In this document: positions 51,368 through 64,000 of the stretch, one piece after another
Layout of the letters: every line of letters begins with the position of its first letter
Numbering within the stretch: position 1 is the first letter of the stretch
Assembly: GCF_009834535.1 (NCBI RefSeq)
Contig: NC_045697.1
Span: forward strand, 61,258,001-61,322,000
Length of the DNA stretch: 64,000 bases
Reading direction: 5' to 3'
From: Camelus ferus
Taxonomy: Eukaryota
Position numbers and translations under genes: made by a program
The notes under the pieces: model-generated
Databases searched by the model: none
The model's input: the letters and a program-made list of their open reading frames with translations, nothing else
What the model was told of the DNA's origin: nothing

Positions 51368-52599
51368 CTGCTAAAAATTTTGATTTTCCCCATAATTTAA
51401 AGTTTTAAAAAATATTTATTAGCCATTTCAATTCTTAATGTACCTCTTCATAACCTGTAGCCCTTTCTGACAGTTAAAATATTTAACTTTTTTTCATAAT
51501 TTAATAAATTATAAGAGTGATATAAATGGTATATTTATTTTTAGCTATATGTATTGAAATTACAGTTTCTCAATCTATCAATCATTTTTAACTTGTTTTT
51601 GAAAATAAAATATTATTTAAAGCTTTTTGTTTTTTAAATCTATAAAAGTGTTTTTTCCTTGAATTCTTTCTTGCTCATTTAGTTTATCTTTGGAAATTTA
51701 TGTAAATACTGTAGAAAGAAGAACTTAACTCTTTATTTTATATAAAAATGTATACATAACTGGGAATATTTCTTTGGTATTGACTTTAAATAAGTGAATC
51801 GCTCTTCTTTATGAAATAACATTTAGAAATTCTCACAAGACTTCTGGTTCCAGTTATTAGAGTTAGAAATTTTATTAAATTCTCCTGTATCTCAAAAATC
51901 CATGAAGTGTTCAGTGAAGAAATATGAAAGTGAATAAATCCGCAGAGCTTCTGAGAATGGCAGGAGAGAAACATCAGCAGTCAAAAGATTAGAATGAATT
52001 TCAGGAAGACAGAAGACTGATGGGAGCATCTTGATGGATATATTAGAATAAAAAGAGCTACTGCTCAGTATCTTCAACAGAAAAAACTGCAGTGGAGCTA
52101 GGAGCAATTTTGCACAATGCAGCTCCCTGGAGATAGAAGCTAAAGAAGAGAGGATGTGGGAGGAAGGGCAGAAATCACAATGATTGATGGGGAATCAATC
52201 TGAAAGACGTGCATGTTCAGGCCACCTCCATTCCTGTGCATCAGGAAGTGGTGTTTGCCTCGATGTCAGATATAGATTGAGTGATATGTTGAGGAAGATC
52301 CATGGCTCCCAGACTGAGGGTTTGTTCACATTAGTCAGACCAGCCTTGTTTTGGTATTTGAATGTGTCTGGATTCTTACCTTGTGTGCCAGCTTCATACT
52401 CGTGCCCTGGAAATATCACAGTAAAATCTTCAAATATCACATGTATATACACATGCTGCAAACATAACTCTCATTCAAGCAATAGGCCTGTAACATCTGA
52501 GGAAACCCCTGCCAGCCATCTAACTAATCTACCTGCCCCTTTATTTTATGTTCATCAATCATCACTTAAGGATCAGTTGATATTTCAGAAATTCAATAG

Positions 52600-54450
52600 T
52601 TCAAAAGAGAAGGGTAAAGATGAACAAATGAGACAATTAATACTGAAGAAGAAGCAATAAAATTCAGGTTAGAGAACAGAGTGTAAACAAACAAATTCCT
52701 TCTAATTAATATGTTCAGAGAGTTTAGATAAGATGTTATTTCAATGAAATATAAACAGATTGTTATGAATTTGGGTAACAGTTATATAAAATTTAAAATA
52801 TGGCTACTAAAAATTGAATCCAATAAAATATGTGAAAAGGAAGGTAAGAAATTATTTCAGAACACAGAACTAAAAAGACAAAATAGATTAAAAAATAGTA
52901 GAGAAAATACTGACATTCCATATTTCCAAACTCCTTCATAGGAAGAATGATGAAACATTTAAATACCAGGGAAAAAATGAAAGAAAAGTAGAGGAAGAAA
53001 TTATCACACACACAAAAAATAACAGAAAGGAAATTTTCAGAGCTAGAGATACAGACATATGCCTTCAGATTAAGTTTTCAGAGAGAAAAAGCAAGTCCTC
53101 TACAAGGAAATGAGAATCATAATGAACTTCAGATTTCTCCCAGCCTCACTGGAAGCTAAATGACGATATATTTCAACTACAGAGACTGAGCGAAATAAGA
53201 TGCAGAAAGTTTACTTCCAATGTGTCCATTCTGAAATACACACACACACTCTGCAGGGGAAAAAAGTCACTCAAGGAAGTGTCAGGAGCTTCAGAAAGGA
53301 GCAGACAAGAAATACCCAGTGGCAACTGTTCAGCATGCCTAAGGAGGAGTCACTATTACAGCATTCAAGAAACCGTTAGAGATTGACCTGATTTGATGAA
53401 GGCATATAGTTCTTGAGACTAAAAAAAAAAAAAAAAACCAAAGAAAGAAACAAACAAAAACCCCAGAAAGGTAGGTAGAAAATCCAAGAGAAAATCCAGA
53501 GCTCTGAGTAAGAAAGACGGTGTAAAGCAAACTAAAATGTGAAACAATTTTGAATGATGAACTAAGTTTAAAAAAGATTTTTTTCCCTTCTGTATAGCAC
53601 AGGGAACTATATTCAATTTCTTGTAATAACCTTTAATGATAAAGAATATGAAAACCAATATATGTATATACATGCATGACTGGGACATTATGCTGTACAC
53701 CAGAAATTGACACATTGTAACTGACTGTACTTCAGTTAAAAAAAAGAGAGAGAATGTTTTAGTACCTGGGGGTTTTCCCTGTCTAGTTGTATAAGTTCAG
53801 TGACCTGGAGCCACCACTTCTCTAATGCTCTACCTGTTTTCCAAATAAATAATGTTGACATAATCTTAATGTGGCCACCACTATGTCTTGTCCTTAAATT
53901 TTCAGAGTGGAGCTGTAGTAAAATCGTGGATGTCTCTAATTTTACAGGTCTATACTCATGGAAGTCTGTAGAATGCAAGTGATGTAAATTGTTGACAATG
54001 TAAAGGGATGCTGGCAAAAATGCAAAGTAGAGAAGGAAAGGAAGGAGGGACAAAGTCAAGAGATTCTGAGACTGATGGATCGAGAAATAGAGATTTAAGT
54101 ACATTATTTAAAATTATATAATCAATAAAACCAATATTTATTATAAAACATGGAATGGGGGAAGAGAAAGGAGTTTAACGGAATTAGTCTTCAATAAATG
54201 GCGTCAGATAACACTTATAGTTGATCAATAAAGAAATAGTGGCATAAGCCTACAATCAGTCTAATGTAGACAACCAACATGTGTACTAAAATCAGAAGCA
54301 GTTCAAGACTGTGGACACTAGAAAAGGGAGACTAGGCCTGTGTCCTGGAGACAGATATTCAATTGCACATCCTTGAGAAAGTGTTTGAATGTATTTCCTT
54401 TTCATGTCCTAATTTTACAATAATAGGAATGAAAATGAATCATTTTAAAA
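52600..54450 (+). mobile_element. Very old L1 ORF1-like / HAL1-like remnant
   Basis: A-rich sense strand with 'aaattttcagagctagag', 'aatgagaatcataatgaacttcagatttctc...cactggaagcta'. Boundaries are uncertain. Confidence 0.45.
53591..53745 (+). mobile_element. L1 3' end (camelid-like), short
   Basis: 'tgtatagcacagggaactatattcaatttcttgtaataacc...tatgctgtacaccagaaattgacacattgtaactgactgtacttca' followed by an A tail. Confidence 0.88.
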
Positions 54451-55067
54451 AAAAAGAGTCTGTTTTCAAATGTTTTAAATAAAAGATGAAATAATTTATT
54501 TTTGCCATATGATTCTTTTTTCAATAGCGGTTACATGGAAAAACTATTATAGGGGCTTACGTTTAAATTAATTGAAAATCTACTTATTAGAAATCTCAAT
54601 TAATAAAGTATTTTGACTTTAAATTGTATCTTTTGCATATAGAGAAATAAAATATAGATGGCTTAATAAATAAGCCATTTAAGGCAATGTTAAAAATTAC
54701 AATGGCAAATTCAATTTATACCATGACATCATTATACATTTAATGTGGGTCATTAGGTTTTCTTTATCAGCAACAGTGTTAAATGTGAAAATCAATTTTA
54801 AGTGACAATCATGAAATACATAAAAGCTTTTCATCAAAAAAGAGAAGTGTCTTGGATAGTGTAGAATAATTTTCAATAAGGATATTAAAAAATTATTTTC
54901 TACTTAACTATAAGATTTTATTTCCTATTCATTCTATCTTATCAACTATTATCTATGTGTTTGTGTCATAATCAGACTTGTTCTGATTAGGTCTATCAGC
55001 CTGAATGTTTTATCAGGTAGCTTGAGGATTATCAAAGTCTGGTGCCAAGATAAAAAAAGAGAGGGAG

Positions 55068-56358
55068 TTTAGTGTGAAGTCAGGGAGCATAATTCCTCTA
55101 GCTCTGGTGTTCTTTTTCAAGACTGTTTTGGCTACTAGGGGTGTTTTGTGTTTCCATGCAAATTCTAAAATTATTTGTTTTAGTTCTGTGAAAAAGTTCT
55201 TGGTGGTTTGATAGGGATTGCATTTGATCTGTAGATTGCCTTAGTTATTATGGACATTTTAACAATATTAATTCTTCCAATCCAAGAACACATATCTTTC
55301 CATCTATTTGTGTATCTTTGATTTCTTCCATCAGTGTCTTATAGTTTTCAGAGTACAGGTCTTTTGCCTCCTTAGGTAGGTTTACTCCTAGGTATTTTTT
55401 TCTTCTTGATGTGGCGGTGAATGGAATTGATTGTTCCTTTAATTTCTGTTTCTGAACTTCTGTTTCTTTAAAAAATGACAGAAGAACTAAATAGACATTT
55501 TTCTGAAGAGGAAATGCAGATGGCTAACAGACAAGTGAAGATGCTCAGCCTCACTAATCATCATGGAAATGCAAAGCAAAACTACAATGAGGTATCACAG
55601 CACACCTGTCGGACTGGCTATCATCAAAAAGAACACAAATAACAAACATTGGCAAGGATCAAGAGGAAATGAAACCCTGTACTCTGTTGGTGGGAATGCA
55701 AATTGGTGGAACCACTGTGGAAAGCAGTGTGGAGGTTTCTAAATAAATAAAAAATTGAACTACTCTATGATCCAGCAATTCCACTCCTGGGTATATATCT
55801 AAAAAAACAAAAAACAAACAAAAAACCCCACACCAATTAAAAAAGATACATGTACCCCAATGTTCAGCAGCATCATTTACAACTGCCAAGATATGGAAGT
55901 AACCTAAGTGTCCATCAACAGATGAATGGATATGGTGTATATATATATTCCATTATTTATATATTATAAATAGTATATATTTATAATGGAATACTACTCA
56001 GACATAAAAATATAAGATTTTGCCACTTGCAGCAACATAGATGAACTTGGAGAGCATTATGCTAAGTTAAATAAGCCAGACAGAGAAAGATAAATATGGT
56101 ATGATATCACTTATATGTGTGGAATCTAACAAATTAGTTCATATAACAAAAGAGACACAGACTCACAGATATAGAGAACAAACTAGTGGTTACCAGTGGG
56201 GGAAAGGAGCAATTTAGGGATGAGGGAGTAAGAGGTACAAACTATTGGGTATAAGATAGACTCAAGGACGTATTGTACAACACGGGGAGTATAGCCAGTT
56301 TTCTGTAATAATTGTAAATGGAAAGTAACCTTTAAATTCATATAAAATAATTTTTTTT
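55068..56358 (+). mobile_element. L1 with 5' inversion: 55068-~55457 antisense ORF2, ~55468-56358 sense ORF2 end and 3' UTR
   Basis: Antisense 'gaagtcagggagc...tttgatagggattgcatttgatctgtagattgc', then sense 'aaatagacatttttctgaagaggaaatgcagatggctaacag...tatgatccagcaattccactcctgggtatatatc'; TSD aagagagggag at 55057-55067 and 56359-56369. Confidence 0.9.
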
Positions 56359-56644
56359 AAGAGAGGGAGGAATTGGAATGAAGAAGCACATGTCTATTTC
56401 AGTAACTGAATTCCAGAAGAGTCTGAGCTCAGGAACCATGAGTGAAACCTGAGATTTTTAGAAGGGCTTCCAGAACTGGTTGACTTCATGTTGTCATTGC
56501 TGCTGTTGCTGCTGAGTGTAACACACACATCAGAGATCATTTTCAGAACACTCCCCAAGCATTAGAATGGCTCCCTCCAAATTAAGAAGTTTCAATAGGA
56601 ACCTTAGAAATGAATCTGAGTCTCATTTGACTGTGAGTAAAATC

Positions 56645-56870
56645 TGTGGCACATTGATTAAGAACATGCGCTCAGTTTGACCCCTGACCCTATTGCTACT
56701 AGCTGTGAATTCACCTCTTTGTGCCTCCACTTCTTCATCTATAAAACAGAGATAAGCATACAGGTAAAACCTCTTTTATGGTGATATCATGAGAAATTAA
56801 CAGATGACACACAAAAAGTCCTTGAAATGGTGTCTGACTCAGTTGATGTTCACTATAATTATTATCTGCT
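56645..56870 (+). mobile_element. MIR SINE
   Basis: 'gattaagaacatg...gctactagctgtga...cacctctttgtgcctccacttcttcatctataaaa'. Confidence 0.65.
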
Positions 56871-57567
56871 CAGAAACTCACACCAGAGGATTCACAAAGT
56901 ATTACTGGATTTTACAGCATTCTCTGCTCAGTTCAAAGATGGACCTGTGTGATTATCCTATTCTCTACTCTCTCCACATGGTTGGACATAGAGGAAGGAT
57001 ATATGGGTACTGTCTCATGGTTGTCATAAATACCATTTTTATTTCCCACCATTTTAATTAATTAATTAATTAATTTTCTATCTGGATATTTCAAGTGATT
57101 TTCATGAAATTCTTCTTTTATTATCTTTGTCTTGAAAGTCATTAAAAGAAGGATAGTAAAAAATGTAGAGCTGGTATACAGGACTTGGAGATGTGCTGAG
57201 GCTCAGAATTTAAGGTTCACAGTACCAGGCTAGGAATCAGAGTCCATGCTAGCCCTCCCAACAGCACTTTCTCCACCAGCTAGGATGATTTTACTGGCCT
57301 GCCTACAACCTTCGTCTCTTAACTTCCTCTGATATTTTCATACCAGTTATCTTTAATGCAGTATCAGTGGAGAGAATTGAGAAGCACAGGTTTTCCAAGT
57401 TGCTTGTTTTAGTTTATTTCAGCTTTAGAGTTTCTCTTCCTCTACATGTCCATCAGTCCTCATGCACACATACCCCCACACATACATTCATTTCCAAACC
57501 ATACATGAACATACAAATACATACACATACATACTCATAGCCAGAATCTAAGCCAATCTAATAAATT

Positions 57568-58054
57568 TGAATGAGTTTCCTATTGCTGCTGTAAAAAATT
57601 ATCACAAACTTAGTGTCTTAAGCTACCAGAAAACTATTCTCTCACTGTTCTGGAGACCAGAAGTCCAAAATCAGTTTCAATGAGCTGAAATCAATATATT
57701 ACTAGAGCTGCACTCACTCAGGAGACTTCAGTAGAGAATCCATTTCTTGCCTCTTCCAGCTTCCAGCTTTCAGCTTTTGCTGGCATCCTTGGTATATGGA
57801 CACCTCAGTCCAATCTCTGCCTCCATGGCCATATTGCCATCTCCTCTTCTGTCTGAAGTCTCCCTCTGCTTCCATCTTATAAGAACACTTGTGTTTACAC
57901 TTAAGATCTACCTGGGTAATCCAGGGTAATTTCCCCTTTTCATGATCCTAAACTTAACCAGACCTGAAAATTGTTTTTTTATATAAGGTAACATTTAGAG
58001 CTTTCAGAGATTAAGACATGGATATCTAATGGAACCATTATTCTACCTACCCCA
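57568..58054 (-). mobile_element. MaLR solo LTR (MLT1D-like)
   Basis: 'gtttcctattgctgctgtaaaaaattatcacaaacttagtg', 'ttctggagaccagaagtccaaaatcagtttc', 'ccattattctacctac'; homologous to 12898-13386 in the opposite orientation. Confidence 0.85.
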
Positions 58055-58089
58055 TTTTCCCCCTTTTGGACCCTCTTTGTATTAATAGC

Positions 58090-58860
58090 ATTACTTTCTT
58101 CCCAGTCACATAAACTGGAAACTTTACTATAATTTCTGTATCTTCTTTCTCCTGTAACACTCAACATTTCTAAATATAACAAGCCCTCCTCCCTATTAAT
58201 GGCTCTAAATTGTACATCATTCTCTCCATGTGCACCACCACTACTGTGGAGATCTGAATTAGTCTCATCTGTATTATTTTAAAAACCTAATGAATCTTCC
58301 TGCCTCCAAGTCCTCTATCTTTTGTCTATCTTCCACATGTCTATAAAATATTTGAAAAAAATATAATCATGTGTTTGCCCAACTTATAAATCTGTCATGG
58401 ATTTTTCACTGTTGGCAGGATGTATCTAAACTATAGTAATAATACCACCCTCCACTTCTTACCTCTGTTCACTCCTTGACCTAGAGGCTAGCAACTAGTT
58501 TCCATGAATTATGTGTCAAACGTGTGCCTTGTACTATTGAATATGTCACTTCTGTCATCCAGAAAGCCTTTCTCCTTTGGGCATTGGAACTTTCTTCTTA
58601 GCCTTTAGCATACACATAGTATATCTCCAATATTTCTTCTGTGATTATTTTTCTGAATCACTTAGGTAATGTATTCCTCAAACATTCATTAGCTCTTGAT
58701 TTCTAACTCTTAAAAGCACTGACGTTACTACTACTATCACAGAATTGTAACTACTTGTTCATAATCTTTCTACATTTTTAGATTGTGATATTTTATTAAA
58801 CTTTGTCTTCCTATTGCCTAGCAGAATGTCACTGCAGAATGGGAACTCAAAAATATTATG
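58090..58860 (+). mobile_element. L2 3' region
   Basis: 'tcttcctgcctcca', 'atcatgtgtttgcccaacttataaatctgtcatgg', 'gcctagcagaatg...ggaactcaaaaatatt'. Confidence 0.65.
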
Positions 58861-59019
58861 TGACTCAAAAAGGACATGCTGGGGTACTCAGTGGCTGTAC
58901 ATCATAGCATATATGCCCAAATATCCAACTCAGCACACTTAGAACTTCAGCGCAGATAAAATAAACATAGTTGTCATTAACAAAAAGGCAAGGTTATATC
59001 ATGTTATGTAACATAACAT

Positions 59020-59426
59020 GTGATGTAACATAAAGACTATGTAGATGAAATAACAAGTTACACTGAAATACAAGTGGCTTTTAAAAGAGAAGCTTATGCC
59101 TTGTTATTGCAAAGTCTGATGAGGTTCAATAACTTTCCAGGGCACTTTTATACTAAATGATATCTTGGGAGAACTAGTTGGTTTTCTTACTGTGATTTCC
59201 TCATCACAATCCGCAGCTTTCAGAATGCTGCAAAAGAAAAAGGGAAAGAGGGTTGCAGAAGGATTTTACACAGCCTCAGTCCTAATGTGGCACCTATTCC
59301 TTCTACTTAGGTCTGTTGAGCACAATGAATCATAAAGCCCACCTAACTACAAGATTGGGAATAATGGTCTTGCATGCGTCCAGACAGGAGAGGTCAACCA
59401 GATAAGGCCAGTGTCTACTATCCACA
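59020..59426 (-). mobile_element. Ancient MaLR LTR (MLT1K/L-like)
   Basis: 'aatacaagtggctt', 'gcccacctaactacaag', ending 'tctactatccaca'. Confidence 0.55.
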
Positions 59427-60293
59427 TTCTTTAATTAACCTCTGAGGAATTTTAAATCAACATTCAGACTTTACCCTATTTGAACCTCCCTCTCTTCCTT
59501 TTCCTCTTCAAAATAATTAGCCCACTATAGACAGGGATTATAAGTCAGTAATAGGTAGGTCCATTACCAGATTAAATGGTGGAAAACAGTTATTAATGGT
59601 GGAAAGCTCTTAATATCATTATTTTTTTTACCCTAGCAAACCATTTTGTAATTTGAAAGTATACTCAATTATGCATGTTTTAAATGAATGCTTACTCAAG
59701 CAAACCGTCTGTCCTATTAAAAGGGATTTTTGTTTCTTTCTTTCTTGAAAATTATTTTTCTCAACTGTAACTTTCATTGTATTTTCTACATAGAAACATA
59801 GATTGTTTTGTTTTGTTTTTTGTTTAATGCTAAATAACTTAATAAGTTATCGAAAGTCTCTAGAAGAATGCATTCAGAACCTTTCCTTGGGACGATGACT
59901 AACAAAATTTTAATGATAAATTTAATAAGATATGGAATTTATGTAGTCCATGAAATCAATTCAGAGCAGCTTCATATAAGTAATACAGAACCTTATTTAC
60001 TGGAACTCATGCTAAAAGAAGTTGACATATTTTTCACAATCTTTAAGAAATCTTCAAGAAAGAAGCCATTTGCTTTAAAATATTCAAGAATATAGGTCAC
60101 AGAAAATATTTTCTCCATCCTATCTTTTTACTGTGAATAATAAACTGTATACTTGAACAAGGATATAATTCTCATTGTATTACATAACTATGCTAGAAAT
60201 GAACAATATATATGATATTTGGATATATACTATATCAACAAGAAAATTTCCTCTTGAATGTGTTACAAAAGTAGGAAGTTGAACTTGGTCTCA

Positions 60294-60397
60294 ATAAATA
60301 AGCTACAGACTTCTATAGTGGCAAACAAAAACGAACAAGAAAATATAAATGAGCAACAAACTTCTATCATGGCAAACAAAAAAACAAACAAGAAAAT
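60294..60397. repeat. Diverged tandem duplication, ~51-53-bp unit x2
   Basis: ataaataagctacagacttctatagtggcaaacaaaaacgaacaagaaaat / ataaatgagcaacaaacttctatcatggcaaacaaaaaaacaaacaagaaaat. Confidence 0.9.
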
Positions 60398-61339
60398 AAA
60401 AATAGACATAAAACAGCAACTAAGCAAAATCCATGGCCATAAAACCTTATTTATTGTAAATGGAGTTTTTACTGTTTATCCCACTAAAAATTTTATTTCA
60501 TTCATTCACATATTTATTATAAAATATTTATTAAATGTTTAATCTATTGAATTCCTCAAAATGTGTGATATAAAAGTGAAAGAAAAGTTCTTGCTCTCAG
60601 GACACTTGCAGACTCCCTGAGATACTATGCGAGATACTGTGGCTTGAGTGTGTGTATCTGTCTTCTGGGACTTATGATAAAGATGCATAGGAACATCTGA
60701 ATATATGTAGAACTTGGAGAAAATTTTAAAACAGGATGCTTGAGATGAATATACCAAATAAGTTTTAAAATTAAATCACATCTGAGAGACAAGAGGCATT
60801 AAATTTCACATTAAAGTGTAAATGTTCTAGTCACAGATGGTCGGATATGAGGAGAAGACCTGAGAGAAAATTGCCAAAATAGAGTCAGTGAGCATAAAGG
60901 GCAGAGGTAGAGGAAATAATACGAGGGAAAGTTACAGAGAGAAGTCGCATGTGCTGAAGAGTATTCCCGGTTTTATTGTATCTCCTTAAGCCACACCTAA
61001 TGCAAATAATCGATAAAAGATAGGTTACAATATTGTATTATAAATATAATATTGACAAATACTATCACAAAACAGGCAGTAAGTTAGCAGAAACACCAAA
61101 AAGGATACCTAATTCATGAACTGGTGAAAATAAAAGTTGAGCAACAAATCAGAATTTTCAAACTTGGTCTACAGTTCTGTAGTTAGAGAAAAGACAGTAA
61201 ATACTAGTGTCTCCTCATTTTTTCACTAATATCAAACAGATCCTAGAGAATATTTGTTGACAGTTACTTATCTGTGCTTTTTTTCCCTATCTTCCATTTT
61301 TTCTATTCCTCTCCTATTCTATTCCTTTTCCTCCATTAA

Positions 61340-62085
61340 TCATGTATTAACCGAATTTTTATTGACTGCCTACTAGGTATCAGACACTATTTTGGGCACA
61401 GTGCCCAGAATCGACAAGATTTTTCCATGTGTGATCTGTGAATTTCATTCTAGGGAGGAGATAGACAATAAGTAAATATACAAACAATCTACTAAGGTAG
61501 GAAGTAGAATGAATGAAAGCAAAGCAGAAAAAAAAGGACAGTCAGTGTAAGAATGGCAGTGGATCTGCTCTTTTATCGGAAAACACAGTGAAAGCCTCCC
61601 TGGTTAGGAGACATGTGCACAGATAACTAAGGGAAGTGATGGAGCTCTTTAGTGAGGTCCCTGGAGGAAGAAGAAGTAGAAGAGCATTTTATATTTTCTA
61701 TGTTTACTAACCAAACCACAAAGAGGGCAGAGTGCCTGGAGGTAAAGGAACAGGGGAACTAGAGATGGAGACTGAGAGAGTCCCTTTCACACAAGAACTA
61801 CAGGGAGAGTTCTTTTGGGCTACACACTCCATTGAAAACCTAGTTTAAGTCTGAATGAGCTAGGGATCCATAGCAGAATTTTGAGCAGAATATTGATATG
61901 AATGAATAATTTTTTAATCACTCAGTTGTTTATGTGCAGAGTAGATGTCAGGGGCAAGAGTGGAGGTACGGAGGGGACATGTCAGGAGGAAACCACAGCA
62001 GTTCAGCTGAAAGAGAACGGTGGTTTAGATCAACGGTAGCAGAGGAAGTATGGATTCTGGATTTTTTTTAATACAGAACTAGGAA
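61340..62085 (-). mobile_element. L2 3' region
   Basis: 'tttattgactgcctactaggtatcagacactattttgggcac', 'gaattttgagcaga', 'ggtggtttagatca...gtatggattctggat'. Confidence 0.75.
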
Positions 62086-62116
62086 TTTCTACCACATTGG
62101 CCATGGCATTTTTCCT

Positions 62117-62532
62117 CTCCAGTATTTTTGCTATAAGCTTCCTTGCCATTAAACATCTTTCCTGTATAAGTAATTTTGGATTAGGCAATTTTGCCATGAA
62201 AGATAAAATAACTGCTTGACAGTTTTTCTTTTGACAGTTTGGTTTCAACTGGTTGAAATGTATTAGCATTTATGGAGCAAACAGATGATCTACCCCAAGA
62301 GCTGGTTTCTTATTTTGAAACACAAATGTTTTGTATTTCACAATAAAGTGTTTTTAATTTTGTTATTCATTTCTTATTATTCATTATGTCCTTTTTTAAT
62401 GCCCTTTTATTTTTTGTTATTTTATCTTTTACGGCAAAATTGCCATATGGGCAATTACTTAAGTGGCAAAAATGCTTGCGGCAAAGATATCTATAGCAAA
62501 GATTCTTACAGGGGAAGTATCTAAAACTGGAG
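62117..62532. mobile_element. Non-autonomous DNA-transposon-like element with long imperfect inverted repeats (family not identified)
   Basis: 62184-62212 and the reverse complement of 62416-62444 match at 27/29; weaker similarity extends outward to arms of roughly 95-115 bp. Confidence 0.65.
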
Positions 62533-62949
62533 TTTTTTAATATCCCACTAAGATCTTCCCTACTCCCACACAACCTCAAATTCCCCCACTGAAACTCTTA
62601 TGTTCTCAGTACATCTAATTTAAATTAGCAAGAAAGAGAAAACTATTGGATCACTGATAGTTGCCTTTTAACTCGTTCAGGGGCTCTTGTGGTAAAAAAG
62701 AAAACAAAATGAATATTAATTTGACTGATTTGAAATTCACAGGCTCTTGTGAAGTGCATTAAAATGAAGAATAGCGTGATAATGTTGGGAGCATATTAAA
62801 ATGGAAGGGAGTAAAAGAGTCATTTGTATGAAAAAGTCAATTAAAAGAACAAGTTTATAGGTCAGTTATATATGCCCCTATAATGCTATGTCATCACTAA
62901 ATTTACAAGGCCTAACAAGATATATTAAAGAAGAGGTTAAATAAATGAG

Positions 62950-63170
62950 TAGGCTTTAAAGGTTGGTGGCCTGTCTTCTAATTCTGACTCTGCAATTGCC
63001 TAGCTTTGTGACTTTAGCAAAATGACCAACCTCTTCATGTCTCATTTTTCTCATCTAGAGAACTGTCGTGATGATGGTAATACCACTTACCTCATTGAGC
63101 TGTTGTGAGCAATGACTTTACAAATTACACTTATAATAGTGCTCAGCAAATAATAAGTATTCATTGAATA
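62950..63170 (+). mobile_element. MIR SINE
   Basis: 'aattctgactctgcaattgcctagctttgtgactttagcaaaatgaccaacctct...tctcatttttctcatct...acttacctcattgagctgttgtgag'. Confidence 0.8.
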
Positions 63171-64000
63171 TGAATAAGTAATCATTAAATAAATTAAAAA
63201 TATATGTATGTATATACACACACACACATATATGCTTAAGCTTCATTCCAACTTTAGATAGTATTTCCCATATACAAAATATCTTTACTAACATGGTGAT
63301 TTATATTAACAATCTGTAATGTATTTTTTGGATGCTAACAAACAACTTAAAGGAAGTTTAATCTCTAAAAATCCAAGAAGAAATTTAATAGTGCTACTAT
63401 GATAATATTTGATGGAAGAAAAATCATTCAAAATTCTTATCAGAAATAAAGCAATATATATAGACCAAAAACGTAAATACTGTATTTGTTCTTTTCCAGC
63501 ACTGGGTTAAATTCTACTAATATAAATTTGAATCAGGAGCATAACACTAACACAAACAGTGTGGTACTAAGATTTGAAATAGACTTTTGTACTATTTGAA
63601 GACAACAACTTCATCTCCTCTTGGGGGAAAAAAAAAGCCAGAATTCCCCAGAGCACGACCATGACTATGAAATCAGAGTGAAATGTATTGAAGGCCGTTT
63701 TCTTGATCGTTTGAACGTCATTTTAAACATGTCTGTGTAAAAACATTCTGAATTGCTTTGCAGTAGAGAATCAGTATTTTGGTGATTTGCAGTTTAATAC
63801 TGATAAACAACTTTCACAGTAAGGAGTACTGGTTTCTCTGTCATAATTAGCTCTAAATATAGAAGTGCTCTAATTTAATGGTCTAGATTAAAGGGATTCT
63901 TTTTAAATCCTTGGAAGCAGACTCTGCCTTCTATTTATTCAGAGACCACCCCCATATTTCCACAATGTTCATGATCGAAGAGTTGTGCCAATTATTTGCA

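Overview
This is AT-rich mammalian non-coding DNA, intergenic or deep intronic. The style of the L1 3' ends and the absence of Alu, Bov-tA/ART2A, PRE1, CanSINE and ERE elements suggest a laurasiatherian, most likely a camelid (inference). I can support no protein-coding gene, RNA gene or CRISPR array. The listed ORFs are short chance ORFs or L1 ORF2 remnants. Much of the window is interspersed repeat: L1 of several ages, L2, MIR, MaLR/ERVL LTRs and hAT-type DNA transposons, with repeat-poor unique stretches between them. The most unusual structure is at 5.8-10.5 kb. There a 5'-truncated L1 carries a ~790-bp internal insertion (7871-8659) made of two inverted copies of nearby DNA, one from 9941-10478 and one from 5814-6034. 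The pieces are joined by three short microhomologies, and ~40-50 bp of L1 is lost. Both copies are ~95-96% identical to their donors by hand count, which points to one multi-step template-switching event after the L1 inserted. The result is two interleaved long inverted repeats plus a (CA)20 tract that is absent from the donor. Other oddities are a twin-primed inverted L1, a 3'-truncated L1 with a perfect 15-bp TSD, an isolated L1 5'-terminal fragment, a possible retrocopied LTR 3' end and a long-TIR element I cannot name. All family names come from memory of consensus sequences, not database searches, and repeat boundaries are approximate unless a TSD or TIR is quoted.
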